Part shown: one piece after another, positions 25,222 to 31,769 of the stretch
How the letters are laid out: every line of letters starts with the position of its first letter
How positions within the stretch are numbered: position 1 is the first letter of the stretch
From: a virus
IMG/VR virus record: IMGVR_UViG_3300001528_000384
Coordinates: 1-45,124 of that record
Length of the DNA stretch: 45,124 nt
Reading direction: 5' to 3' (one strand)
Made by a program: the position numbers and the translations under genes
Notes under the pieces: generated by a model
Seen by the model: only the letters and a program-made list of their open reading frames with translations
Databases searched by the model: none
Told to the model about the DNA's origin: nothing

Positions 25222-25454
25222 GAGAAAAGAAAGTTAAAACAACAAGAAAAAGAAAAGGCGAAAAAAGTGGTAGAATTTCTGTCTATATGGATAAAAATAC
25301 AATTGATGAATTTAAAGCACTATGTGGAGATAAAACCCAAGACATATTAAGAGCACTTATCAAAAAATATTTGGAAAAAATCAAAAAAATTGATGAAGAA
25401 GAGAAGGCAAGAAGAAATGAATATTTGAAATCTGGAAACAAATACAGACTTTAA
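25194..25454 (+). CDS. basic protein with an RHH-like core (possible Xis/regulator)
   Basis: RISVYMDKNTIDEFKALCGDKTQDILRALIKKYLEK fits a beta-strand/helix/helix pattern. The true start is uncertain (25194 or the internal Met). Confidence 0.4.
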   Translation: MPRRKIREIREKKVKTTRKRKGEKSGRISVYMDKNTIDEFKALCGDKTQDILRALIKKYLEKIKKIDEEEKARRNEYLKSGNKYRL

Positions 25455-25626
25455 AACTTGTTAAAATTCTAAAACTATGATATGATTTTGTTATAAGGGA
25501 ATACCTTATATTAAAAATGTCAATTTTGTTAATGTTTACTAATCCCAAACAAACAAAACTTTTTCTTTTATTTTCTGTTACTATTACAAGTTTTTGGCAT
25601 TTTTTCTTGTTTAGGAGATGATTCAA

Positions 25627-25743
25627 ATGGGCGAATTCCTAGGTATTATTATTATGATTTCACTAGGTTTATTCGCCTATTTTTTATGCAAATTAAACGA
25701 TAGAAGTACAAATGAAAAAATATTGAAAAAGAAAGATGAATAA
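25627..25743 (+). CDS. 38-aa membrane peptide
   Basis: Below the track cutoff. RBS AGGAGATGA. MGEFLGIIIMISLGLFAYFLCKLNDRSTNEKILKKKDE. Confidence 0.35.
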   Translation: MGEFLGIIIMISLGLFAYFLCKLNDRSTNEKILKKKDE

Positions 25744-26215
25744 ATTAAAATATGAACATGCAATAATAACAAAAGATGGAAAAGCCTATAATATAAATAT
25801 TCATAAAGTAGTTGCTGAAACATTTTTAGATAAAAAAAGTTTTAAATCTATGCCTTATGAAGATAGGGATAGAATTGATTTAGATAAATTAGTAATAAAT
25901 CACAAAGATGAAAATCCTTCAAACAATCGTGTTGATAATCTTGAATGGTGTACTCAATGTTATAACATAAATTATGGCACTAGAAATAGCAAAGTTTCAA
26001 AGACGATGATAAATTTTGAAAAATATTCGGTAAAAGTAAATCAATATGATTTGGATGGTAATTTTATTAAAACATGGAATAGTTTGAAAGAAATTGAACG
26101 AACATTAGGATTTTCAAGATGTGGGATTTCTAAATGTTGTCGTGGCATTTATAAACAAATGAAAGGATATAAATGGAAATATTATGACAAAAAAAGAATT
26201 AAAAGAGTGGTATAG
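25736..26215 (+). CDS. HNH homing endonuclease (HNH_3 plus C-terminal NUMOD1-like HTH), lacking NUMOD4
   Basis: VINHKDENPSNNRVDNLEWCTQCYNINYG, then WNSLKEIERTLGFSRCGISKCCRG. Confidence 0.65.
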   Translation: MNKLKYEHAIITKDGKAYNINIHKVVAETFLDKKSFKSMPYEDRDRIDLDKLVINHKDENPSNNRVDNLEWCTQCYNINYGTRNSKVSKTMINFEKYSVKVNQYDLDGNFIKTWNSLKEIERTLGFSRCGISKCCRGIYKQMKGYKWKYYDKKRIKRVV

Positions 26216-26420
26216 TAGTGTGGACTTTATAAAAAAAGAAATGCAATTTTATAGTATTGGGGACTTTTGGAATAACGCAAGCGACATAAGATTTTATTTC
26301 AATGAAAGTAATTCTTATATCAGACAAATGTATCAATGGTATGTATTTGCAAATACTAATATAACAATGAAACAAAAAGAAATGATATGGGATTATGTTA
26401 CTAAACCTTATGTGGAGTAG
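26184..26420 (+). CDS. hypothetical protein
   Basis: 78 aa. Overlaps the HNH 3' end by 32 nt. Weak RBS. Confidence 0.4.
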   Translation: MTKKELKEWYSSVDFIKKEMQFYSIGDFWNNASDIRFYFNESNSYIRQMYQWYVFANTNITMKQKEMIWDYVTKPYVE

Positions 26421-26447
26421 TTTAGAACATAGAAACTAATAAACATA

Positions 26448-26476
26448 TTGCATAAATTAAAATAATTTGTTATAAT
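26448..26476 (+). promoter_or_regulatory. sigma-70-type promoter with no ORF behind it
   Basis: TTGCAT (26448-26453), 17-nt spacer, TATAAT (26471-26476). Confidence 0.45.
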
Positions 26477-26482
26477 TAGTAT

Positions 26483-26568
26483 GTAAGCCAAATGGCTTAT
26501 TGATTGATTTTTTTTAATTCATAATTCACAGAAGAAATCTTGTTAATCCCCTTTTAACAAGTTTTTTT
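26483..26568 (+). ncRNA. candidate ~85-nt sRNA (two hairpins, each with a U-tract)
   Basis: TAAGCC/GGCTTA (26484-26499) plus T-rich run. CTTGTTAA/TTAACAAG (26539-26561) plus T7. No ORF. It starts about 7 nt after the -10 box. Confidence 0.3.
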
Positions 26569-26606
26569 CTTTTTTATGATATAATAATTTAGAGGAGAAG
26601 ATTTAA

Positions 26607-26825
26607 ATGGGTAAAAAAGAAGAGGCAAAATATGCTAGAGAATATTATAAAAAGAATAAAAAGTATCGTGAAAAGAAAAAAGAAGATAGATTGAAATATG
26701 CCAAAACTCACAAAAAAGAAGAGGCTAAACAAAGTAAAAAGTATTATTGGAAAGAGCCTGAATACAGAGCAAAGAAGAGAAAATACGCTAGAGATTATAA
26801 GAAAAAGAAAAATAATTCCAAATAA
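26607..26825 (+). CDS. 72-aa Lys/Tyr-rich repeat protein (likely nucleic-acid binding)
   Basis: RBS AGAGGAGAA and an extended -10 box TGaTATAAT upstream. Repeats AKYAREYYKKNKKYREKKK / AKQSKKYYWKEPEYRAKKRKYARDYKKKK. Confidence 0.5.
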   Translation: MGKKEEAKYAREYYKKNKKYREKKKEDRLKYAKTHKKEEAKQSKKYYWKEPEYRAKKRKYARDYKKKKNNSK

Positions 26826-26992
26826 TTCCGCCTTTTTTTCTCTTTGCAAAAAAGAAAATAAAAATTTAAAAAAATTCCACCTTTTTTCTACAATATTTTT
26901 GGCAAAAAAACAATTTGCGTAAAATAATTGTAAATGTCAATGTAAATAAAATGTAAAAATATTATGTTAACTCTTTCTTTAATTAAATTAAT

Positions 26993-27018
26993 AAAGATAT
27001 TTAAAACATATCTTTTTT
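26993..27018 (+). terminator. rho-independent terminator
   Basis: AAAGATAT (26993-27000) pairs with ATATCTTT (27008-27015), followed by TTT. Confidence 0.5.
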
Positions 27019-27135
27019 GATGGTTTAATATAGTTATTTTAAATGTTAACATATTAGGTAATGCAATTATACTATAAAACACAAATGTTTCTTAAAATGG
27101 CTAAAAATGATGCTTTTTGATATATAGCAAAATAA

Positions 27136-27167
27136 TGTAAAATAAAAAAGCACTTATTAAAAGTGCT
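27136..27167 (-). terminator. rho-independent terminator of the minus-strand cassette
   Basis: AAGCACTT (27148-27155) pairs with AAGTGCTT (27160-27167) and overlaps the stop codon. On the minus strand it is followed by TTTTTATTTT. Confidence 0.65.
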
Positions 27168-27918
27168 TAAATAGTTTGTTGATAGCATCTAAAGCGATAT
27201 TTGCTTTCCAAACCCAATGCAATTTTACTGGTTCTTGTTGCGTTGGTTCTTGTTCGTTTGTATATTTATACTTGTTTAATAATTCTTTTAGTACTATATC
27301 GTACATTTTTGCTATTTCTTCGTTGCTATACTCTTTAAAATCTTCTTTAATTTCTTTTATCATTGTGTCTTTAAGTTCTACGTATTTATAGGTTAAAATA
27401 ATATATTTTTTTGCGATGTCGCTTTTTTTGTTTGCGATTTCTAAATTATATTCAATTTTATTAGTTATAATCTTATGTAGTTTTTTCTCATTCTCTTCTT
27501 TTCTTAGTTTGTTTTTTTTGTTTTCTTCTCGTTCAATTTTTGAATAGATAGAGAAAAAGATTTCGTCTAAATAAATATAATCATCAATTTCTTGATTCTC
27601 TTCTTTGCTAACTTGTTTTTTTTCTTTTCCAGTCAGCCAAATGTTCACATTTTCTTCAATTTTTGCAAGATTTTCAAACTCATCAAGAGTTGAGTTGTTT
27701 TTTTTGTCATTTTTAAAAGTTTCTATCGTTTCAATAATTATATCATTTTTATTTTCTAAAATGTTCAAGAAACTTAAACCTTGAACAAGTTTAAGCTGTA
27801 ATATAGTAGTTAAATTATATTTTAAAGCCTCTTGACGGGCTTTTTTTTGTTCTTTTGCTTGCTTTTGTGTTTGTGTGTTTGATATTTCGTTTTTTATTTG
27901 TTTAATATCGTTTTTCAT
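27157..27918 (-). CDS. hypothetical E/K-rich 253-aa protein
   Basis: RBS GGGGGA 7 nt before the ATG. No recognisable domain. Confidence 0.6.
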   Translation of the reverse strand: MKNDIKQIKNEISNTQTQKQAKEQKKARQEALKYNLTTILQLKLVQGLSFLNILENKNDIIIETIETFKNDKKNNSTLDEFENLAKIEENVNIWLTGKEKKQVSKEENQEIDDYIYLDEIFFSIYSKIEREENKKNKLRKEENEKKLHKIITNKIEYNLEIANKKSDIAKKYIILTYKYVELKDTMIKEIKEDFKEYSNEEIAKMYDIVLKELLNKYKYTNEQEPTQQEPVKLHWVWKANIALDAINKLFKHF

Positions 27919-27929
27919 TAAGAATCCCC

Positions 27930-28100
27930 CTAAATATCTTGTAATTTATCTATTGTTTTAGATAATTCTTTAATTTCATAGTCGGTTTTATCTTCTGCAA
28001 TATAAAGTAACGTCAAAATATCATCTAATTTCTTATCAATTTTTTCAATTTCTTTTAATGCCTCTTTGTCGTTTCTAAAAAAATATTTTAATCTATTCAT
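27930..28100 (-). CDS. 56-aa hypothetical protein
   Basis: Below the track cutoff: MNRLKYFFRNDKEALKEIEKIDKKLDDILTLLYIAEDKTDYEIKELSKTIDKLQDI. Fills the gap and overlaps the upstream stop by 8 nt. Confidence 0.45.
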   Translation of the reverse strand: MNRLKYFFRNDKEALKEIEKIDKKLDDILTLLYIAEDKTDYEIKELSKTIDKLQDI

Positions 28101-28377
28101 TTTTCTCACTCGCTTCCCTTTCTATTTTTGTTTTGTAATTGTTTAAATCTTCCCACAAATCTATAAATTGAGTATAAAATTTATCCTTTTTTGATAATTT
28201 ATCAAGTTCTATTCTTATGTTATCAAGTTCTTGCTCTATTCCTTGCAAAGTTTCTAAATTTTCGGCTATTTCTCTATATAATGCAATAACAATCCCATTA
28301 TAATTCGGTACGCCATAATCTTTCCATAAATTGTAAGTTTTATTTATTAAATTTTCTTTAAAATTCATTCTTTTCAC
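28093..28377 (-). CDS. hypothetical 94-aa protein
   Basis: RBS GGGAGTGA. Helical/coiled-coil. Confidence 0.55.
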   Translation of the reverse strand: MKRMNFKENLINKTYNLWKDYGVPNYNGIVIALYREIAENLETLQGIEQELDNIRIELDKLSKKDKFYTQFIDLWEDLNNYKTKIEREASEKNE

Positions 28378-28555
28378 TCCCTTTTAGAATTTCGTTTATA
28401 AATCTTTTGCAATCATCTAGTTTTCTAAATTGAACATTGTTTAATAATTCATTTTTATTATTGATTAAAGTGTACAAATAAAAGTTTTTATCTGTCTTTT
28501 CCTTTAAAATATTAATATTTTTGTATTTCTTTAATTTACTTTCTAATATAAACAT
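28358..28555 (-). CDS. hypothetical 65-aa protein
   Basis: RBS GAAAGGAATGA. Confidence 0.5.
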   Translation of the reverse strand: MFILESKLKKYKNINILKEKTDKNFYLYTLINNKNELLNNVQFRKLDDCKRFINEILKGSEKNEF

Positions 28556-28656
28556 TTTTCATCATTCCTTTCTTTAAAACAATGGGATTGCGTTTTCTTC
28601 CCATTTAATTTTTCTATTACCTCATCTTTAATTTTATTATATTCTAAATAATTCAT
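28543..28656 (-). CDS. 37-aa hypothetical peptide
   Basis: MNYLEYNKIKDEVIEKLNGKKTQSHCFKERNDEKCLY. The RBS AAGAGGA is rather far away (11 nt). Confidence 0.25.
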   Translation of the reverse strand: MNYLEYNKIKDEVIEKLNGKKTQSHCFKERNDEKCLY

Positions 28657-28690
28657 AATTCTTTCAATCCTCTTTCTTTCTATTTTTTAA

Positions 28691-28885
28691 CTATTTTCTA
28701 TTATAATTGTGTAATTCATAAAAACTACACTTATAACCCATTTTTTCATCACATTTTTTAAAATCTTCTTTGATTTTGTTTATTATTAATATAGTGCTAG
28801 TTATAAATAATATAACTAATAATATTATTAATAATAATCTTTTAATCCATTTTTTTAAATGGTAGATTTTACCGTTTATTTTCAT
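28691..28885 (-). CDS. 64-aa membrane protein, first gene of the minus cassette
   Basis: RBS AAGGAAG. TM segment LLLIILLVILFITSTILII. Confidence 0.55.
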   Translation of the reverse strand: MKINGKIYHLKKWIKRLLLIILLVILFITSTILIINKIKEDFKKCDEKMGYKCSFYELHNYNRK

Positions 28886-28920
28886 CTCTTTTTCTTCCTT
28901 TCCTTTTCTATTACAATTAT

Positions 28921-28948
28921 ATTATAACATATTTAATAATAAAGTCAA
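28921..28948 (-). promoter_or_regulatory. strong sigma-70-type promoter of the minus-strand cassette
   Basis: The minus strand reads TTGACT, 16-nt spacer, TATAAT, with a TGt extended -10. It lies about 35 nt upstream of the first RBS. Confidence 0.6.
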
Positions 28949-29007
28949 TACCTTTTTACTACTTTTTTGTTAAAATGATACATTTTTTATAACTCACTTT
29001 ATATATA

Positions 29008-29139
29008 TACTACACTATAAACCTATTTACTACACTATATTAAGATTCACTATACTTAGTATGCTACTATACTACTATTATATATATATTACTATACTAT
29101 GTGTGTGTACTATACTTTATTATTTACACTATACTATAA
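29008..29139 (+). repeat. iteron-like array of ACTATA(C/A/T) motifs, all in one orientation
   Basis: Copies start at 29014, 29034, 29049, 29066, 29091, 29109, 29128 and 29133. An exact 12-mer TACTACACTATA occurs at 29008 and 29028. The array is flanked or interspersed by (TA)n, (GT)4 and (ATT)n tracts. Confidence 0.85.
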
Positions 29140-29145
29140 GCATAG

Positions 29146-29285
29146 CACTTATTATATATATATATTATTATTATTACATATTCTTTTTATTTTATTTTCT
29201 TTTATTAATTTTATTCTTTCTTTTATTATTAACCTTTTCTTTCTTCTTTTATTAGTATTTTCTTTTCTTTTCTTTTTATTTTTAT
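29146..29285 (+). repeat. strand-asymmetric polypyrimidine/AT tract
   Basis: Only one G (29255) occurs in 140 nt. TTCTTTT/TTATTTT-type runs dominate. The track ORFs here are low-complexity artefacts. Confidence 0.9.
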
Positions 29286-29478
29286 GTTAACTTAGTGTTC
29301 GCTTTTGTGGTTGTGTTACTTTTATAAAAAGAAATATAATAAATTTTTTCAACGTTCAATATTATATCAATATTGGAAGTTAAATGTTAAGAAAGTGTAA
29401 AGGCTACCCATACCACCCAAGCAATAAGCAGAAAATGGCTTAGTCAGTACCTCAAATAATTTTAAAACAAAATAAAAG

Positions 29479-29508
29479 TTGACAATAACCCCCCTCATAA
29501 AATACAAT
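29479..29508 (+). promoter_or_regulatory. sigma-70-type promoter of the HNH gene
   Basis: TTGACA (29479-29484), 18-nt spacer, TACAAT (29503-29508). Confidence 0.5.
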
Positions 29509-29531
29509 AGTTACAAGAAAGGAAGAGAACC

Positions 29532-30497
29532 ATGTGGAAACAATTTAGAGATACAAATTATGAAGTATCAGATAAAGGAGAAATAAGAAATAGAGTAACA
29601 CATAAAATTATTGCTCAAAATAATAAAGATAATAAACCAAACACATATAAAAAAGTGACAATATCAATAAAAGGCAAAAATAGTGTGTTTAGTGTCCATA
29701 GGATGGTATTAGAAGCATTTACTTATAGAGCAGATGATAAAGAAGTAAATCATATAAACTTAAAAAAAGACGATAATAGACTGTGTAATTTAGAATATTG
29801 CACTAGAGAAGAGAATAGAGAGCATGCTTTTAAGAATAATAAGAATATAGTTCAAAGGAAACCAGTGGTAGGAATAAATCTTGAGACTAAAGAAATAATA
29901 GAATTCAGAAGTTTGTATATGGCTGGGAAATATATTGCAGAAAAAAAGTGCAAAAAAGGTGAAAAAGTTATTAGCCATTATGCTACAACGATAAGTCAGT
30001 CTATAAAAGGTGAAATAAATAGTACAAATGGGTGTTATTGGTGGTTTAAGGAAGAATTTGATTTTAATGACATAGAGAAAATGATAGAAAGTAAAAAGAA
30101 ACCAGATAAATATACAAAAGAGCAGCAAGACATGATGAAAGAAAATAATTTAAACGTGTCTATCGTAAATAGAAGAATGAAAAAATACGGTTTAACTTTA
30201 GATGAAGCATTAATGTATAAAAAAAATCATATATTTGTAGAACCAAAAGAGATAGAACCAAAAGCCGATTCCAAATATATGCAAGGATTAGGGAAACGAT
30301 TTGGCAACTTGGAAGTTTTAGATGTAATAAGAATTAAAGGTACAAAGCCACTATATAAATGTAAATGCGATTGTGGAGAGGTGTTTACTACGCAAGCCAC
30401 GAATGTACTGATTGGGAAAACCAAAGGGTGTGGGCGTAATTGTAAATTAAAATTAAAAACCCCATTGACAGCCATCAAAAAAAGTGGTAACATTTAA
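29532..30497 (+). CDS. HNH homing endonuclease (NUMOD4 + HNH_3 + NUMOD1-like + CKCKCDCG module)
   Basis: WKQFRDTNYEVSDKGEIRN (NUMOD4). VNHINLKKDDNRLCNLEYCTREENREHAF (HNH). C-terminal GKRFGNLEVLD...LYKCKCDCGEVFTT. Confidence 0.75.
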   Translation: MWKQFRDTNYEVSDKGEIRNRVTHKIIAQNNKDNKPNTYKKVTISIKGKNSVFSVHRMVLEAFTYRADDKEVNHINLKKDDNRLCNLEYCTREENREHAFKNNKNIVQRKPVVGINLETKEIIEFRSLYMAGKYIAEKKCKKGEKVISHYATTISQSIKGEINSTNGCYWWFKEEFDFNDIEKMIESKKKPDKYTKEQQDMMKENNLNVSIVNRRMKKYGLTLDEALMYKKNHIFVEPKEIEPKADSKYMQGLGKRFGNLEVLDVIRIKGTKPLYKCKCDCGEVFTTQATNVLIGKTKGCGRNCKLKLKTPLTAIKKSGNI

Positions 30498-31274
30498 ATG
30501 TACTCAAGAACGAGTATGTGCTGATTTGTTGGATAAGAGAGAGCGAAAAAAAGTAAATAATCCAGAAGACACTATTCCTAAAACTTTTTATTCATAAAAC
30601 CAATCATATAAAAACTAAGTTCTCTCTTACCTCCTTTCTGAAAATGTTCTTTGAAAAGTAAGTAAATAGAGCCTTATGAAAGACTATTTGGAAAATAGTA
30701 AGGGTCTTGCCTTGAGCCCATTAGTTAAGAGAGAGGTTTCTTAATGGATTGGGTGGTAGATGCTAGTAATAGCGTGTATAGGACTTGGAAACCAAGGAAA
30801 AAGACAAGAGCGGTAGAGATAAGGAGATATAAAGGAAGAAAAACTAGTCGCCAGCAACTGATGAAAACGATAAGAGAAATCTTAAAGGGAGTAGCCATGC
30901 AATAGTTCTATTAACTGTGGTGGTTAAAAGATGAGTATGTAGAGCCGATAAGTTGGTAAGTGGTTGATACCTAGTGATAGGAGTAAAAATGACTAGAAAC
31001 TGTACGAGTAGCACAAATCCACTAAAAAAGGATACTCTGCTGATAGTAACCTAAACCGTGTGAAAGTTAGAAGTATCAGTCTTCTCTATGAATAAGAGGT
31101 AAAAACGGAGGATAGGTCGCTCCTACCGAGGATTTTTACTGCATAGTGCCTGAATAATGTTGAGCTTATCTTTATTAGTGCGAGGAACACCTGTTTACTT
31201 ATTTTTTAAAGAGCATTTTTGAAGCGAATGCTCTTTAGGATTATTTAATCCCCTGTGTGTCTGATTGTACAAAG
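30498..31274 (+). ncRNA. candidate large structured noncoding RNA (strand provisional)
   Basis: No ORF of 60 aa or more in six frames. G+C is about 38% by hand count at 30721-30840, versus about 25% in a coding line. There are nine or more local helices. The locus is bounded by a bidirectional terminator. Confidence 0.35.
30744..30905 (+). CDS. possible 53-aa basic peptide inside the ORF-free locus
   Basis: AGAGAGG lies 7 nt before the ATG. MDWVVDASNSVYRTWKPRKKTRAVEIRRYKGRKTSRQQLMKTIREILKGVAMQ. Its codons (AGG, GCG, CGC, CTG, CAG) are atypical for this genome. Confidence 0.2.
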   Translation: MDWVVDASNSVYRTWKPRKKTRAVEIRRYKGRKTSRQQLMKTIREILKGVAMQ

Positions 31275-31305
31275 AAAAAGGAGACTTTAATAAGCCTCTT
31301 TTTTC
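31275..31305. terminator. bidirectional rho-independent terminator
   Basis: AAAAAGGAGaCTT pairs with AAGcCTCTTTTTT around a TAAT loop. The A-tract/T-tract arms allow it to serve both rusA (-) and the + strand transcript. Confidence 0.6.
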
Positions 31306-31308
31306 GTG

Positions 31309-31686
31309 TTAAAATTTAGTAATAGTAATTTCTGTTCTAGGGTTTTCCTTGTCGTAATACACCCTAGAGCCGTCATGAGAAGATACAATAGTGTAATTAT
31401 CATCTAAAATAACACCATAATGTGTAAGCATGTCCGTTGTAGCCTCTAAAAGATTGTTTAAATCGCATTTTCTTCTAGTAGGCATGTAATATACGCATTT
31501 CATGGTGATAGGATAATCAATAGGAGTATCTAACTTTGGTAAAAAGGGTTTGCAATCCTTTTCGTATTGTTTGTATAGACTAGAAGGCATTATTATAGGT
31601 CTACCTTTAACTAAAACTATTCTTTGCGAGTTTTTTTTAGTTCTAGGTGGTATAGGAATATTAATGTGTAAAGGGGTCATATTCAT
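31309..31686 (-). CDS. rusA: RusA-family Holliday junction resolvase
   Basis: Start moved to ATG 31686 behind GGAGAG. PPRTKKNSQRIV...KCDLNNLLEATTDMLTHYGVILDDNYTIV is the RusA pattern. Confidence 0.7.
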   Translation of the reverse strand: MNMTPLHINIPIPPRTKKNSQRIVLVKGRPIIMPSSLYKQYEKDCKPFLPKLDTPIDYPITMKCVYYMPTRRKCDLNNLLEATTDMLTHYGVILDDNYTIVSSHDGSRVYYDKENPRTEITITKF

Positions 31687-31718
31687 TTGTTTCACTCTCC
31701 AAGTATATTTTATCACAT

Positions 31719-31747
31719 TAGACAAAAACGTTCAAATATGGTATGTT
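31719..31747 (+). promoter_or_regulatory. possible late promoter upstream of terS
   Basis: TAGACA, 17-nt spacer, TATGTT, with a TGg extended -10. Confidence 0.3.
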
Positions 31748-31769
31748 AAATACAAGGAGATAGGGATGT

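Noticed and set aside
26589-26922. Alternative-frame ORFs (26589..26849 minus, 26698..26922 plus) overlapping the Lys-rich gene
   Set aside because: They are composition artefacts of A/G-rich repeats. Only the 26607 frame has an RBS and a promoter.
27071-27077. Extra ACTATAA copy downstream of the minus cassette, as a possible cassette boundary repeat
   Set aside because: A single AT-rich 7-mer is expected many times by chance in this genome. Only the clustered array at 29008-29139 is significant.
29008-29139. Possible CRISPR array
   Set aside because: The repeats are only 7-12 nt, irregularly spaced (15-25 bp), without unique spacers of constant length, and there are no cas genes.
29061-29290. 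Track ORFs 29061..29255 and 29099..29290 (Tyr/Leu/Phe-rich)
   Set aside because: They lie entirely in the ACTATAC/(TA)n/polypyrimidine low-complexity DNA. They have no RBS, and the peptide composition simply mirrors the repeats.
30620-30640. rRNA gene fragment
   Set aside because: Only the 11-nt anti-SD tail matches. The upstream sequence (AAGTTCTCTCTT) does not resemble the GGATC / helix-45 region of 16S rRNA.
29290-31308. Group I or group II intron carrying the HNH ORF
   Set aside because: No interrupted host gene can be reconstructed: polypyrimidine DNA lies upstream and antisense rusA downstream. There is no recognisable domain V or GUGYG start, and no RT/maturase. I could not identify a P3-P7 core by eye. 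This should still be tested with covariance models.
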